From a virus, in the IMG/VR virus record IMGVR_UViG_3300045988_168611, positions 54,219 to 118,218 of that record: a stretch of DNA of 64,000 nt; one strand, 5' to 3'. Each line of letters opens with the position of its first letter. Within the stretch, counting starts at the first letter, position 1. The notes beneath the pieces are model-generated. The model had not been told where the DNA came from. It ran no database searches and worked only from the letters and a program-made list of their open reading frames with translations. Position numbers and translations under genes: made by a program. This document shows, in pieces, positions 26,243 to 35,137 of the stretch.

Positions 26243-28134
26243 TACGCCCTTTCTTGTTCGTCTTGATGTTCTGGTTGCTCTACCTCATGGTCGACGATTC
26301 CTTGCAGGGTGGTACGGCCTGCGAAGGTGTTGAGGCCCAACGCCACCCTGAGACGGCACACCATGTCTGCCCCGTCGACGCTGTTTTTCCGTTCAGTGAG
26401 ATGGGGCGCGAGATCCGATCGGTTCCACCACAGCAACGCAACACCTTCAGGCGTGACGATTTTCAGGTGTTGCTTGTGGTCCCCCATCGTGTGGATCGAG
26501 CACATGGACAGGTTGATGACCACATCAACAGGTGGGGCTGGGAACCCGTGCCCGAATGGGGCGAGCTCTTTCACCTTGTCCATGTATTGCGTGATCGCTC
26601 GAATCTCATCGAGTGGTGCGTCTGCATCTGGGGCTGTTCCCAACACGAGAGCTGCCGGATCGGAATGGATGAGCACGCCTGTCTGTGCGATGACAGCATC
26701 ACGCTGCTGCGGCACAAGGGTGGCCAGTGCGTCATAGAGTTGCTGTGGTGAGCGTGCGCGTACACCACAAGCGAACTCGTGACCTTGGGCACCGATGGTC
26801 GGATCTTGCAACGATGAGAGCTGCTCGATGACAGGGAACCATGTGGGGGATCGCATGGAACCCGAGCATGATCCGTCCGCGTGGATACGGACAACTGCAA
26901 CAGGGTGTCCGTGCATGAGCATGAGGTTCTGAGCAATGAGTCCTAGCATGCCTGGTAGCGCATCCGTGGGGAACACGTACGGTGCCCATGGCTGATCCGT
27001 GTCCATGATGGAGTTGAGGATCTCACGGACCTGGTTCTTCCTCTGCACGTTGTACTCAACGAGACGTTGTGCCGCTTCTTGTTGTTCATCAAGAGTGTCA
27101 GCCGTGAAGACTGCGAACCCTGTTCGGTAGTCTCCGTCGACACGCCTGGTGGCGTTGAATGCCGGAGCCACTGAGAATCCATAGAGCTGCTCGTCGACTC
27201 GATCGTGCGTTGTGCCTAGCTCTTGTAGGAGCAGGTACATGCCTTCGAATGCTCGCATGTAAACCGGATGGTGGTTCTGCGAGCGCAGCATGGCCAGTAG
27301 CGTGGGCGTTCGATCAATGTGGATCTCAACGTCATCGAACTCGTCTGGCTCTTCGTACTTGGACTTCACCTTCTTGTAGGTGGGTGCGGGCTCAGGGGTA
27401 GGAACGAGTAGTCTGGTGAACATGAGAGCTTCGCGCACGAGGTTCCTGTTCTCGTATACAAGACTCATCACGTCCGCTACGGTTCCGATGCCTGCGAAGA
27501 CCTTGAGCCACGTGATAGCGGAGAGCTTGTCTGGGTGGTAGAGCGATGCGTATCGTTCCACCACTTGGTACGCCACGTGGGCACCGCATATCTCCCTGTT
27601 GGGGTACGTCTCATCGATCCTGTTGGGGTTGACGAGGATATGTGCAAGCGACTTGCTCTCTTCGACGTGGTGATCGGTTACAAGCGTGATGAGACCGATG
27701 TTGTCTGCGTAGGCGAGAGCATCCCGGCTGTTGGTTCCAGCATCGCAGGTGATAACAGCTTCCGTGTTGGGGAACTGCTGCTTGACTGTGTGTATCACTG
27801 ATGGCTGGATCTCGTGTCCAAGGTGGTAGTCGGGGACATGAAGATTGGTCGTGAGGCCGATCTCGTTGAGTCCTGCGTAGAGAATCATGCCCGCGCAGAT
27901 ACCGTCTGTATCGAAGTCTGGCACGACGGTGATCTCTTTGTCGGTTGATCGCAGGATTTCTAGTGCCATGACCATCTGATCGATGTCCTTGAGCAAGGGA
28001 TGCTGGGCATCGTTGATGCTCTTCAGGTACTGATCGGTCCACCCCATCCTCTCTCGGACACGGGTGAACAGTTCTAGGCCACTGATCTCGAACATTGATT
28101 CATCGATGTCGAGAGGGGGTGATTGTGTCGCCAT
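26242..28134 (-). CDS. recJ: RecJ-like DHH-family single-strand DNA exonuclease
   Basis: DHH motifs VVPDFDTDGICAG, ITCDAGTN and LVTDHHV. The stop shares nt 26242 with the CPBP start. Confidence 0.75.
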   Translation of the reverse strand: MATQSPPLDIDESMFEISGLELFTRVRERMGWTDQYLKSINDAQHPLLKDIDQMVMALEILRSTDKEITVVPDFDTDGICAGMILYAGLNEIGLTTNLHVPDYHLGHEIQPSVIHTVKQQFPNTEAVITCDAGTNSRDALAYADNIGLITLVTDHHVEESKSLAHILVNPNRIDETYPNREICGAHVAYQVVERYASLYHPDKLSAITWLKVFAGIGTVADVMSLVYENRNLVREALMFTRLLVPTPEPAPTYKKVKSKYEEPDEFDDVEIHIDRTPTLLAMLRSQNHHPVYMRAFEGMYLLLQELGTTHDRVDEQLYGFSVAPAFNATRRVDGDYRTGFAVFTADTLDEQQEAAQRLVEYNVQRKNQVREILNSIMDTDQPWAPYVFPTDALPGMLGLIAQNLMLMHGHPVAVVRIHADGSCSGSMRSPTWFPVIEQLSSLQDPTIGAQGHEFACGVRARSPQQLYDALATLVPQQRDAVIAQTGVLIHSDPAALVLGTAPDADAPLDEIRAITQYMDKVKELAPFGHGFPAPPVDVVINLSMCSIHTMGDHKQHLKIVTPEGVALLWWNRSDLAPHLTERKNSVDGADMVCRLRVALGLNTFAGRTTLQGIVDHEVEQPEHQDEQERA

Positions 28135-28180
28135 GAGTAACGCCCCTTTCTTGGTTTGTATTTACTTCTTATGATGACGA

Positions 28181-28221
28181 AGCCCCGTAGCGGGTTAAGA
28201 ACCACGCTACGGGGCTTTTTG
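28181..28221. terminator. 12-bp hairpin with T-run between the RecJ start and the preceding gene's end
   Basis: AGCCCCGTAGCG (28181-28192) pairs with CGCTACGGGGCT (28205-28216), followed by TTTTT on the plus strand. Confidence 0.5.
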
Positions 28222-28240
28222 TGATCGTTAGATCAGAAGA

Positions 28241-29368
28241 TCAGCAGACGGTGCGGCCTTCAATGACCACGCAACCGGGACGGTCTGCCTGGCCGGGGCC
28301 GAAGTCAATGCGACCGTCAGAAGAACCCGAGCCAGAGTTGTTGGCCGGAGGTGCCGGAGCGGGCGCAGGCGGATTGTAGGCAGGCGGCGTGTAGGAGTTG
28401 CCACCAGAATACGAGGAGCCACCGGAGTAGCTGGAACCGTTGCTGTTGCCGCTACCGCCGTTGTCGTAGCCGTACGACGGCGCAGAGGTGTTGTTCTGGT
28501 TAGCTCCAGTGTCGCCAGACGCAGCAGGGGCACTGCCAGCCTTTGCCTCCTGGTAGGTGGTAATAGCCTCCTGTAGCGGTGCTACGGAAGCCGTCACCTC
28601 AGCAGCCTTCTGCTCAACGGTCTTCGCCTTCTCGATGGAGGCCACAGCCTCATCGTAGGTGGTCACCGTGATCGTGGTCGACAGCTTGTGAGACTCGTCG
28701 TTCACAGCCTTGAGGGCATCATACGCAGCCTTCACGGATGCATCAGACTCCATGCTGGGGTCGGCCTCAACAGCGGCGATCTGCTCTGCCGCGCTCTGCT
28801 GCGCGCTTGCAAGGTTCGACTTCGCAGTGTCCATCAGCTCGTTGGCCTCATCGGTCGCCTTGGTCAGACGGTAGGCGTCGCGCACGTCGATGAACGACTG
28901 CGTCTGACCCTCGATGGCCTTGATGGCAGCGTCAATAGAGGTGGTGTCCTGATCCTTGGAGCACTGCTTGTTCTTCTTGTCGGTAGCAGCAGCGTTCACC
29001 TTGGCGTCCTCAGTCTCCTTGGCCTTCTTAGCAGCGTCGACGGCCTTGCTCAGGTCGTTGATCGCACTCTGGCCCTCAGAGGACAGAGGGAAGCCGTCCG
29101 TGTGCGCGAGGCGGGTGCCTTCACCGGGCTTCAGGGATGCGTCGACAGTGGCGAGAGCATCCTTGGCGTCCTGGATCGCCTGATCCAGCTGAGCGGTCTT
29201 GCCGGTGATGAGCTCCTGGTAAGACGTGCAGTCCTTCGCATTGTTGGAATGCGAGCCGAGGATTGCGACAGTGATGCCGGTGAGAGCGAGGATTACAGCG
29301 ATCGCTGCGGCGATGATCTTGTTGCGGGTCGACCACGTACGGGGGTCGATGTTCTTGGTGGTAGTCAT
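28241..29368 (-). CDS. Membrane-anchored extracellular coiled-coil protein with G/S/Y/N/P-rich C-terminal region
   Basis: N-terminal TM segment IIAAAIAVILALTGITVAIL, then an Ala/Lys/Asp-rich helical region, a GSSYSGG repeat and a Cys-containing terminus. Start at ATG 29368 follows AAGGAGA. Confidence 0.6.
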   Translation of the reverse strand: MTTTKNIDPRTWSTRNKIIAAAIAVILALTGITVAILGSHSNNAKDCTSYQELITGKTAQLDQAIQDAKDALATVDASLKPGEGTRLAHTDGFPLSSEGQSAINDLSKAVDAAKKAKETEDAKVNAAATDKKNKQCSKDQDTTSIDAAIKAIEGQTQSFIDVRDAYRLTKATDEANELMDTAKSNLASAQQSAAEQIAAVEADPSMESDASVKAAYDALKAVNDESHKLSTTITVTTYDEAVASIEKAKTVEQKAAEVTASVAPLQEAITTYQEAKAGSAPAASGDTGANQNNTSAPSYGYDNGGSGNSNGSSYSGGSSYSGGNSYTPPAYNPPAPAPAPPANNSGSGSSDGRIDFGPGQADRPGCVVIEGRTVC

Positions 29369-29468
29369 TGTTGTTTCTCCTTGATTGATGGTGATGAATA
29401 TGTGGTTCGGGTGTGGGGCGATTACCTTTTCCTTGGCCACATGGTCACCATCATCAAGGGTTGTTGAT

Positions 29469-30071
29469 TTAGGCGTCCTTGTTGGCCTCGGGATCTTGGT
29501 CTGCGAGGTGGACGTAGGTGGGCATCGCCACGACACGGATGTATGTGTCGGGGTCGATGTTGGACGGCGTCATTCGATATTCCGGTGGAAGCATCAACGC
29601 GATAAACGTGTCGTGAATGCGCTTACCGTCATTATCGCGGCGCAGGATCTCGTCTTGCACGCGAACGAGGATGTTGTTCTCGTCGGGCGGTAGCGAGATG
29701 TTGCCTTCTTCTGCGTTGATTGCTAGGTTCTCGGCAGCTGGGACGACGATCGTCGTCATGATGTCCTCGTTTTCGAGGACGTTCAGGATGCCCTCATCGT
29801 CAACGAGGCGGGTGTTGCGCCCGTTCTTCTTGAGCCACCCATTCAGGTAGGCATTGTTCGTGACGACATTGACCTCGACATGGGGGATGTCGATGAGAGT
29901 ACTGATGTCGTTATCATTGCCGATTGGCTGCTTGGTGTCGCTTGCGACGTGTGGGAGAAGTGCAAGATTCATCTGCGCGATAGTCTCCGCTACGGTTTCC
30001 CCGAGCTGGAACACTTTGGTGGTGGGCTCGGTCGCAACAGCGATGGTAATCGTGTTGTTGGTGTCGGTCAT
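29469..30071 (-). CDS. Hypothetical protein (200 aa)
   Basis: Start trimmed to ATG 30071, which follows ACAGGAG. Confidence 0.6.
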   Translation of the reverse strand: MTDTNNTITIAVATEPTTKVFQLGETVAETIAQMNLALLPHVASDTKQPIGNDNDISTLIDIPHVEVNVVTNNAYLNGWLKKNGRNTRLVDDEGILNVLENEDIMTTIVVPAAENLAINAEEGNISLPPDENNILVRVQDEILRRDNDGKRIHDTFIALMLPPEYRMTPSNIDPDTYIRVVAMPTYVHLADQDPEANKDA

Positions 30072-30104
30072 ATAGATGGCTCCTGTCTGTCGTTTTCTAT
30101 GGTT

Positions 30105-30134
30105 CTTATCTGGCCATGTATTGGCCACGATAAG
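30105..30134. promoter_or_regulatory. Palindromic operator-like site CTTATCTGGCCA-n5-TGGCCACGATAAG
   Basis: Lies about 35 nt upstream of the 30071 start. It belongs to the same CCAGATAAG family as the sites at 32417-32548 and 50668-50791. Confidence 0.45.
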
Positions 30135-30661
30135 ACTCTTCTCAACTGCTCGGCTCGCCAGCGGCGAGCTGATCTGTTGGGACGAAATCATTGCAGGAAT
30201 CATTTTTTGAAATGATTTCCATCTTTCGATGAAAAGCCCGGTGCCACCTGCGGTGGCACTCGATGTATCGGAGCATGTGGAACAGACAGCCCGAGGCAGG
30301 GGTGGGTTGTTCCACATGCGATCCAGCGATTCTTATTGATCCGACTGATTATGCACTCGTGTTGAGACTTGTGAGAGTCTCAGTGGGATACGTTTGCGCC
30401 ATGTCGGATGGGATCTGGCGTTTATTACTGCTTGCTGTTGCTCGTATGAGGTTGTTGAGACCTACCGTGTATTCTGTTTGTTATGTACGGGTCGCATATT
30501 GCGTGCATATTTGGTTGCACACTAGATGTTAATAACCTTATGAGCAGTGTTGGTACGGGGTGCATCCACCCCTGTATTTCCAGTCACTGTATTTCCTGTG
30601 ATGGAACCTGTGGTGACCGTAGTGACACTCGGTACAGCCTGTGGATGTACGGTTACCGAAT

Positions 30662-30742
30662 CCTGTTGCTCTCTATTGTGTGTAACTCTTACGTTTTTGC
30701 GCGAAGCATCAAAAACGTAAGAGTTAGGTGACGAGCAACAGG
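30662..30742. repeat. Nested inverted repeat (10-bp outer and 16-bp perfect inner arms)
   Basis: Inner arms TAACTCTTACGTTTTT (30683-30698) and AAAAACGTAAGAGTTA (30711-30726). Outer arms CCTGTTGCTC (30662-30671) and GAGCAACAGG (30733-30742). Confidence 0.7.
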
Positions 30743-30899
30743 TGTTTCTTAGGGTCTGAGTGATGAGACCGTGAATCGTATATGTTGATGAGGCAGGTGT
30801 GATTTTATCTTGTGCCTCCCTCAGCGACATATACGACCAAGGTGGTTTGTAGTCATCGACTTGTGAATCGTAGATTAGGGTCGATGATTTGTTTCCCAT

Positions 30900-31640
30900 C
30901 GCCTTGGGACACGGGACTCATCGCGAAGACCCGATGGCACAGATGCATCAACAATGCGTCTGTGCCGTGTTTCAAGCGTCTGGAACAGACGCGCAGAGGG
31001 CACCCGAGACAGCCCCAGTGGGGCTGTGGAGGGCAAGCCTGTGAAGCGATAGCGAAACAGGCGCAGTAAGAGCCCCAAGGAGCAACGCGACGCAGGGGTG
31101 AGGGAGGGGTCGAAGCGGAGCGAGACCACGACCGAAGGGCTGTCGGCTATGCCGACCGAAGGAGTACGCGTAGCGTACGACTGAGCCAGCCCCTCTTATG
31201 CCCTTTTTTACCTGATCCACCGCCAGCGACCATTAGGGAGCGTAAGGTGGGCAAAGTGGCGTAACGAAGGGGAAAACAGGCGATACCACCCCCGGTGGGA
31301 CCACGGGTCGTTGAGGCGGTACCGCCTCCGAGACGTGGTACCACGGGTGCCTGTTTTCCCTGTTAAGACGGGGTTTAGGTGAGACCATGGTCCGAGCTTG
31401 CTTGGCACCGTGGTCTCACCATGCGGCACAGCCGCTGTAACAGGGTGACGAACCGAGCGAGCGCAGGTTTGGCACACTGCCCTGACCCCCGTCTTGCCGG
31501 GTCGTGAAACGGCCCGTCAGCGCCGTGAAGGAGCGCAGTGCAACTGGGCTCCGTTGACACTCTGTAAGGCCCTGAGACAGGCTGTTGTGGCACCGTATGG
31601 TGATATGGCAGCCTGGTTCAGGGCCGATTGTTTCTGTGCT
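30900..31640. ncRNA. Candidate large structured ncRNA (GC-rich, helix-dense island in a gene desert); family unknown
   Basis: No credible ORF. Many perfect local and nested helices, for example 31270-31281 with 31349-31360, and 31378-31390 with 31408-31420. One T-G pair weakly favours the plus strand. Confidence 0.3.
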
Positions 31641-32407
31641 CTTCAGACATTGAGACAGCAGCTGTTACGGCAGCTGCTGGTGAGTACACCAGATGGAGTT
31701 CCATCTGGTGTCTGAGTACCCTGTTTCAGTACCTGTTAGAAGAGCGCAGAAACATGTTGGCGAAGCCTCCATTAACAGTCCACCGGATAACACGCCATTG
31801 GCTGATACACATGCATCTGAGCAGGTGAATCAGCCAATGTTTCAGAGCGTTTATATAGAGTTATTCGGTGGCATATTTCAGCCACATGTCACAGGGCTAT
31901 AACAACGCTGTTTTCGAAGCAGTGGAGAGCCCTGTTACATGTGTGAATACCGTGTTGTTGCGTGGTTGTTGTATGGCTGCCTATTCCCCATCTGAGACTA
32001 TCTCTCTTTTCGAGCGTGTCTCAGATGGGGGTACAACAGATAAAACAGAACGTGAATCACCACATGTGACAGCCTTCGTATAAACGCTTGCGTAGCAACG
32101 TTGTAGATGTGGTGTGCAGCAGCTTTGTATTCGTTGTTTTGCCTAGAGGCTGAGAACCCATTTATCTGTGCCTCGTATCAACGTCTTGAAACAGCCCAGT
32201 AACAGCGCTGTAGCGCTGTTGTAGCATGCGTCCGTATCACGGTTGTGACCATCGATCGATACAGCCTAAATAAACGTTGTGATGCATGGTTATGCGTGTC
32301 TGTGACAGCCTTTAGCCCCGGTTGATGACTGCCTGAATGCGCAGCTGCAACCGGGGCTGTGATGCAGCGTGGCTGCGTATCTGGCTGTGCTTAGACGTTT
32401 GTAGCTG

Positions 32408-32775
32408 GCGCAATGGTGACCAGATAATGGCCAATGAAAGACCAATAAGTGGTCAATGGTGACCAGTTTGGAGCCGGATAAGCGCCAGAGGATAGTAAGA
32501 GGCAGCAGCAGGTCTTTATCTGGTCCAATGATGGCCAGATAAAGGCGCTTTGTTGGCCGCTCTATGACCGGTGGTACCCTATGGTCGTTATCGGGTTCTT
32601 TGTTGGCCTCATAACGGCCCATTATTAGACCATGTAAGAGCCAGGAGACAGCCCGGATCAATGATGGGTCAACAATGGGCGGAAGATGCGCCAGTGTATG
32701 GCGCAATGGTGACCATAGTGTGGCGCTTTCCGGGTCAGGAAAAGCCTAGTAGATGCTGGTGCAATGGTGGTCATG
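32408..32775. repeat. Iteron array: 6-7 copies of CAATGGTGACCA interleaved with CCAGATAAG-type sites
   Basis: Copies at 32411, 32455, 32526 (CAATGATGGCCA), 32659 (variant), 32704 and 32762 (CAATGGTGGTCA). CCAGATAA/TTATCTGG sites at 32420, 32474, 32516 and 32534. Confidence 0.6.
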
Positions 32776-33029
32776 AAAGCGCCAGGTGGCTGCCAGCATC
32801 AACGCAGCATTGCCAGCGTCGAATGAAAAACCCCCGGACACAGGAGCCTGTGTCCGGGGGTTTGCGTGTTGCTGCTGTGGTCAACATGTATGTGGTTTCT
32901 GCTTCGGTTGAGGGACTGAATACGGTATAATGCTGTGGGCCTACGCACACTGACTACCTGCTCAGTTTTAGTACGTAGAAGCCAATCGATCAAGATCAAT
33001 GACAAGACCGAAAGAGAGGTGTGATCTCT

Positions 33030-34757
33030 ATGAAGATCCCTCGTCAATCCAACAAGCAGCTCATTCGACCTGGCTTGCGTCGGCTGCCTGTGATGGCAGC
33101 CCTGACTGTAGCGATGGGCGCATCTGTTGCAGTGATGCCGACTACCGCTGCAACCGCCGCGCCTGCCAGCGCAGAAAGTACTGCGAGCACTGCCGGGCTA
33201 CCGGCTGCTGTCGCAAGTGGCTACAAGATGACGTTCCACGATGAGTTCGACGGCGACAAGCTCGATACCTCTAAATGGGGTTATCAGTACGGCTGTTTCG
33301 ATCCTGCGCAGCGATCGCAAGCGCAGTACACCGACTCTCCCGATAACGTCTCTGTGCGAGATGGTTATCTGAATCTGACGGCCAGGTACTCGCCCATGAA
33401 GACCAAGTGGGACGGCTCGCAGATCGCGCGCACCTGCAAGGACGGCAGCACGACCTATGATGCCCCGTTCACGTCGGGCATGGTCACCACAAAAACAAAA
33501 GACGGCAAGGTGTTGTATGCCGCGCCAGGAACCGGCTTCTATGCCGAGGCGCGCGTCAAGCTTCCGACCGCACGTTCGTCCTGGTCTGCTTTCTGGGGTA
33601 CCGGTACCAAGGGTGGCTGGCCCGGTAACGGTGAGATCGACGTGTTCGAGTCCAAGGGCTACGACCCGAGCTTCTTGATGAGCAACATCCACACTCCCAG
33701 GGTCGGCAACCCCAAGAAGACCCAGCAACACCAGGGCATGATGAAGGGCGACACTGCGACTTCTCAGAGCGAGTTCCATACCTACGGTGTCTTGAAGACC
33801 GCTGATGCCATTGAGTTCTACTTCGATGGGAACATGACTCACCGCGTGAAGATGCAGGATATGAAGGGCGCGAGCAACCCCTTCGCGGATCCAGAGAACG
33901 GTCTGGTGTTGAAGCTCAACCAGATGGTGGGCGGCAGCTACTTGGCCAAGCACGACAACTGGTCGGATAAGACCTTTGTCGATGCAAGCAAGTACGCGGA
34001 TGACTACAAGAGCGCTGATGGCGCGGGTTCGACCATGTATGTCGACTACGTGCGTGTGTATGAGCCGAAAACCCAGGCAGATCAGCCTGCCCAGCCTGCT
34101 CCTGCCCCTGAGCAACCGACTCCGACGCCTGCTCCCGAGCAGCCCGCGCAGCCTTCTGAGCCTACGCCCACCCCTGCTCCAGAACAGCCTGCACCTGAGC
34201 AGCCAACTCAGCCTGAGACCCCGGCCCAGCCTGAACAACCTGCGGTTCCAGAAACGCCTGCTGCACCTGAGACTCCGGCTCAACCCGAGCAACCTTCTCA
34301 GCCAGAGACTCCTGCCCAGCCTGAGCAGCCCGCTCCTGCTCCGACTCCAGAGCAGCCAGCACCTACGCCTGCCCCTGAGCCCTCTCAGCCTGCGCCTGTG
34401 ACTCCGGCACCTGCGAAGCCCACCCCTGAGCAGCCTGTTCCGGCCAAGCCAACGCCTGCACCGGCGAAGCCAACTCCGGCCAAGCCTCAACCAGCACAGC
34501 CTGTTCCGTCTCAGCCGTCTCAGCCGTCCGATAACCAGACTGACCAGAACAGCCAGCAGTCTGGACAGGCAGAGCAGAACAGCCAGCGGTCTGAACAGGA
34601 GGGGCAGAGCAAGCAGACCAAGCCAGAGCAGCCCAAGAAGTCACAGAAGCCTAGTGCTGATCGTTTGGCGAACACGGGTATGACCTCGTGGTATCGCCCG
34701 ATCGTTGTCATGTGGCGAAGCTTCTGTGGCTGGATCACCAGCTGGTGGTTCTGGTGA
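33030..34757 (+). CDS. Secreted GH16 glycoside hydrolase with Pro-rich stalk and LANTG sorting-like signal
   Basis: Signal peptide with AAPASA. The GH16 catalytic motif GEIDVFE (ExDxxE). A ~190-aa PEQPA/PTPAP repeat stalk. C-terminal LANTG followed by a W-rich hydrophobic tail. Start at ATG 33030 follows AAAGAGAGG. Confidence 0.85.
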   Translation: MKIPRQSNKQLIRPGLRRLPVMAALTVAMGASVAVMPTTAATAAPASAESTASTAGLPAAVASGYKMTFHDEFDGDKLDTSKWGYQYGCFDPAQRSQAQYTDSPDNVSVRDGYLNLTARYSPMKTKWDGSQIARTCKDGSTTYDAPFTSGMVTTKTKDGKVLYAAPGTGFYAEARVKLPTARSSWSAFWGTGTKGGWPGNGEIDVFESKGYDPSFLMSNIHTPRVGNPKKTQQHQGMMKGDTATSQSEFHTYGVLKTADAIEFYFDGNMTHRVKMQDMKGASNPFADPENGLVLKLNQMVGGSYLAKHDNWSDKTFVDASKYADDYKSADGAGSTMYVDYVRVYEPKTQADQPAQPAPAPEQPTPTPAPEQPAQPSEPTPTPAPEQPAPEQPTQPETPAQPEQPAVPETPAAPETPAQPEQPSQPETPAQPEQPAPAPTPEQPAPTPAPEPSQPAPVTPAPAKPTPEQPVPAKPTPAPAKPTPAKPQPAQPVPSQPSQPSDNQTDQNSQQSGQAEQNSQRSEQEGQSKQTKPEQPKKSQKPSADRLANTGMTSWYRPIVVMWRSFCGWITSWWFW

Positions 34758-34808
34758 TCATGTGAACACATGAGCTCAGTGTCCCAAGAATAAGCACCGA
34801 AAAAGAAA

Positions 34809-34870
34809 GCCCCTGCGGGCGTCAACGCTGCGTCATTAAGACTGAGCAGCGAAGACCCGCAGGGGCTTTC
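34809..34870 (+). terminator. Terminator of the GH16 gene
   Basis: GCCCCTGCGGG (34809-34819) pairs with CCCGCAGGGGC (34856-34866), followed by TTTC. The loop is long. Confidence 0.5.
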
Positions 34871-34966
34871 AGGGTTTAGAGAGAGGAAAGGTGGGGTTAG
34901 GGGGACTAGGTGAGCTTAGAGAGGCTAGGCAGGTTTAGCTGCGTGGGCAGACAGAGCGAACAGAGC

Positions 34967-35107
34967 TCAGCCCACGAAGTAATCGATGGTGTTGGTGGTC
35001 AGGAAGATTGCGAACCACACGACGAGCGTGACACTCAGCAGCCTGAGGCCAGGGGTGGTGTCAGCGTAGATCCATTCATAGAGGTTGGTGAGCTTGTTCT
35101 TCAGCAT
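34967..35107 (-). CDS. Small membrane protein (46 aa), below the ORF-track size cut-off
   Basis: Manual translation gives MLKNKLTNLYEWIYADTTPGLRLLSVTLVVWFAIFLTTNTIDYFVG. AAAGGAAAG precedes the ATG, and the conserved 60-bp element lies upstream. Confidence 0.4.
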   Translation of the reverse strand: MLKNKLTNLYEWIYADTTPGLRLLSVTLVVWFAIFLTTNTIDYFVG

Positions 35108-35137
35108 GGTTGCTTTCCTTTGCGGATTGAGAGAGGT

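Noticed and set aside
30522-30899. 125-aa minus-strand ORF in the gene desert
   Set aside because: It contains the nested perfect 16-bp and 10-bp inverted repeat within its frame, has a weak SD (AAGG) and has mixed third-position composition. It is kept only as a remote possibility.
32290-32706. 138-aa minus-strand ORF and overlapping plus-strand ORF 32571-32930
   Set aside because: They lie across the CAATGGTGACCA and CCAGATAAG iteron array. Their sequence is dictated by the repeats, and the frames overlap each other.
33198-34490. 430-aa minus-strand ORF
   Set aside because: It is antisense to the GH16 gene, and its R/L-rich low complexity is generated by the proline-repeat stalk.
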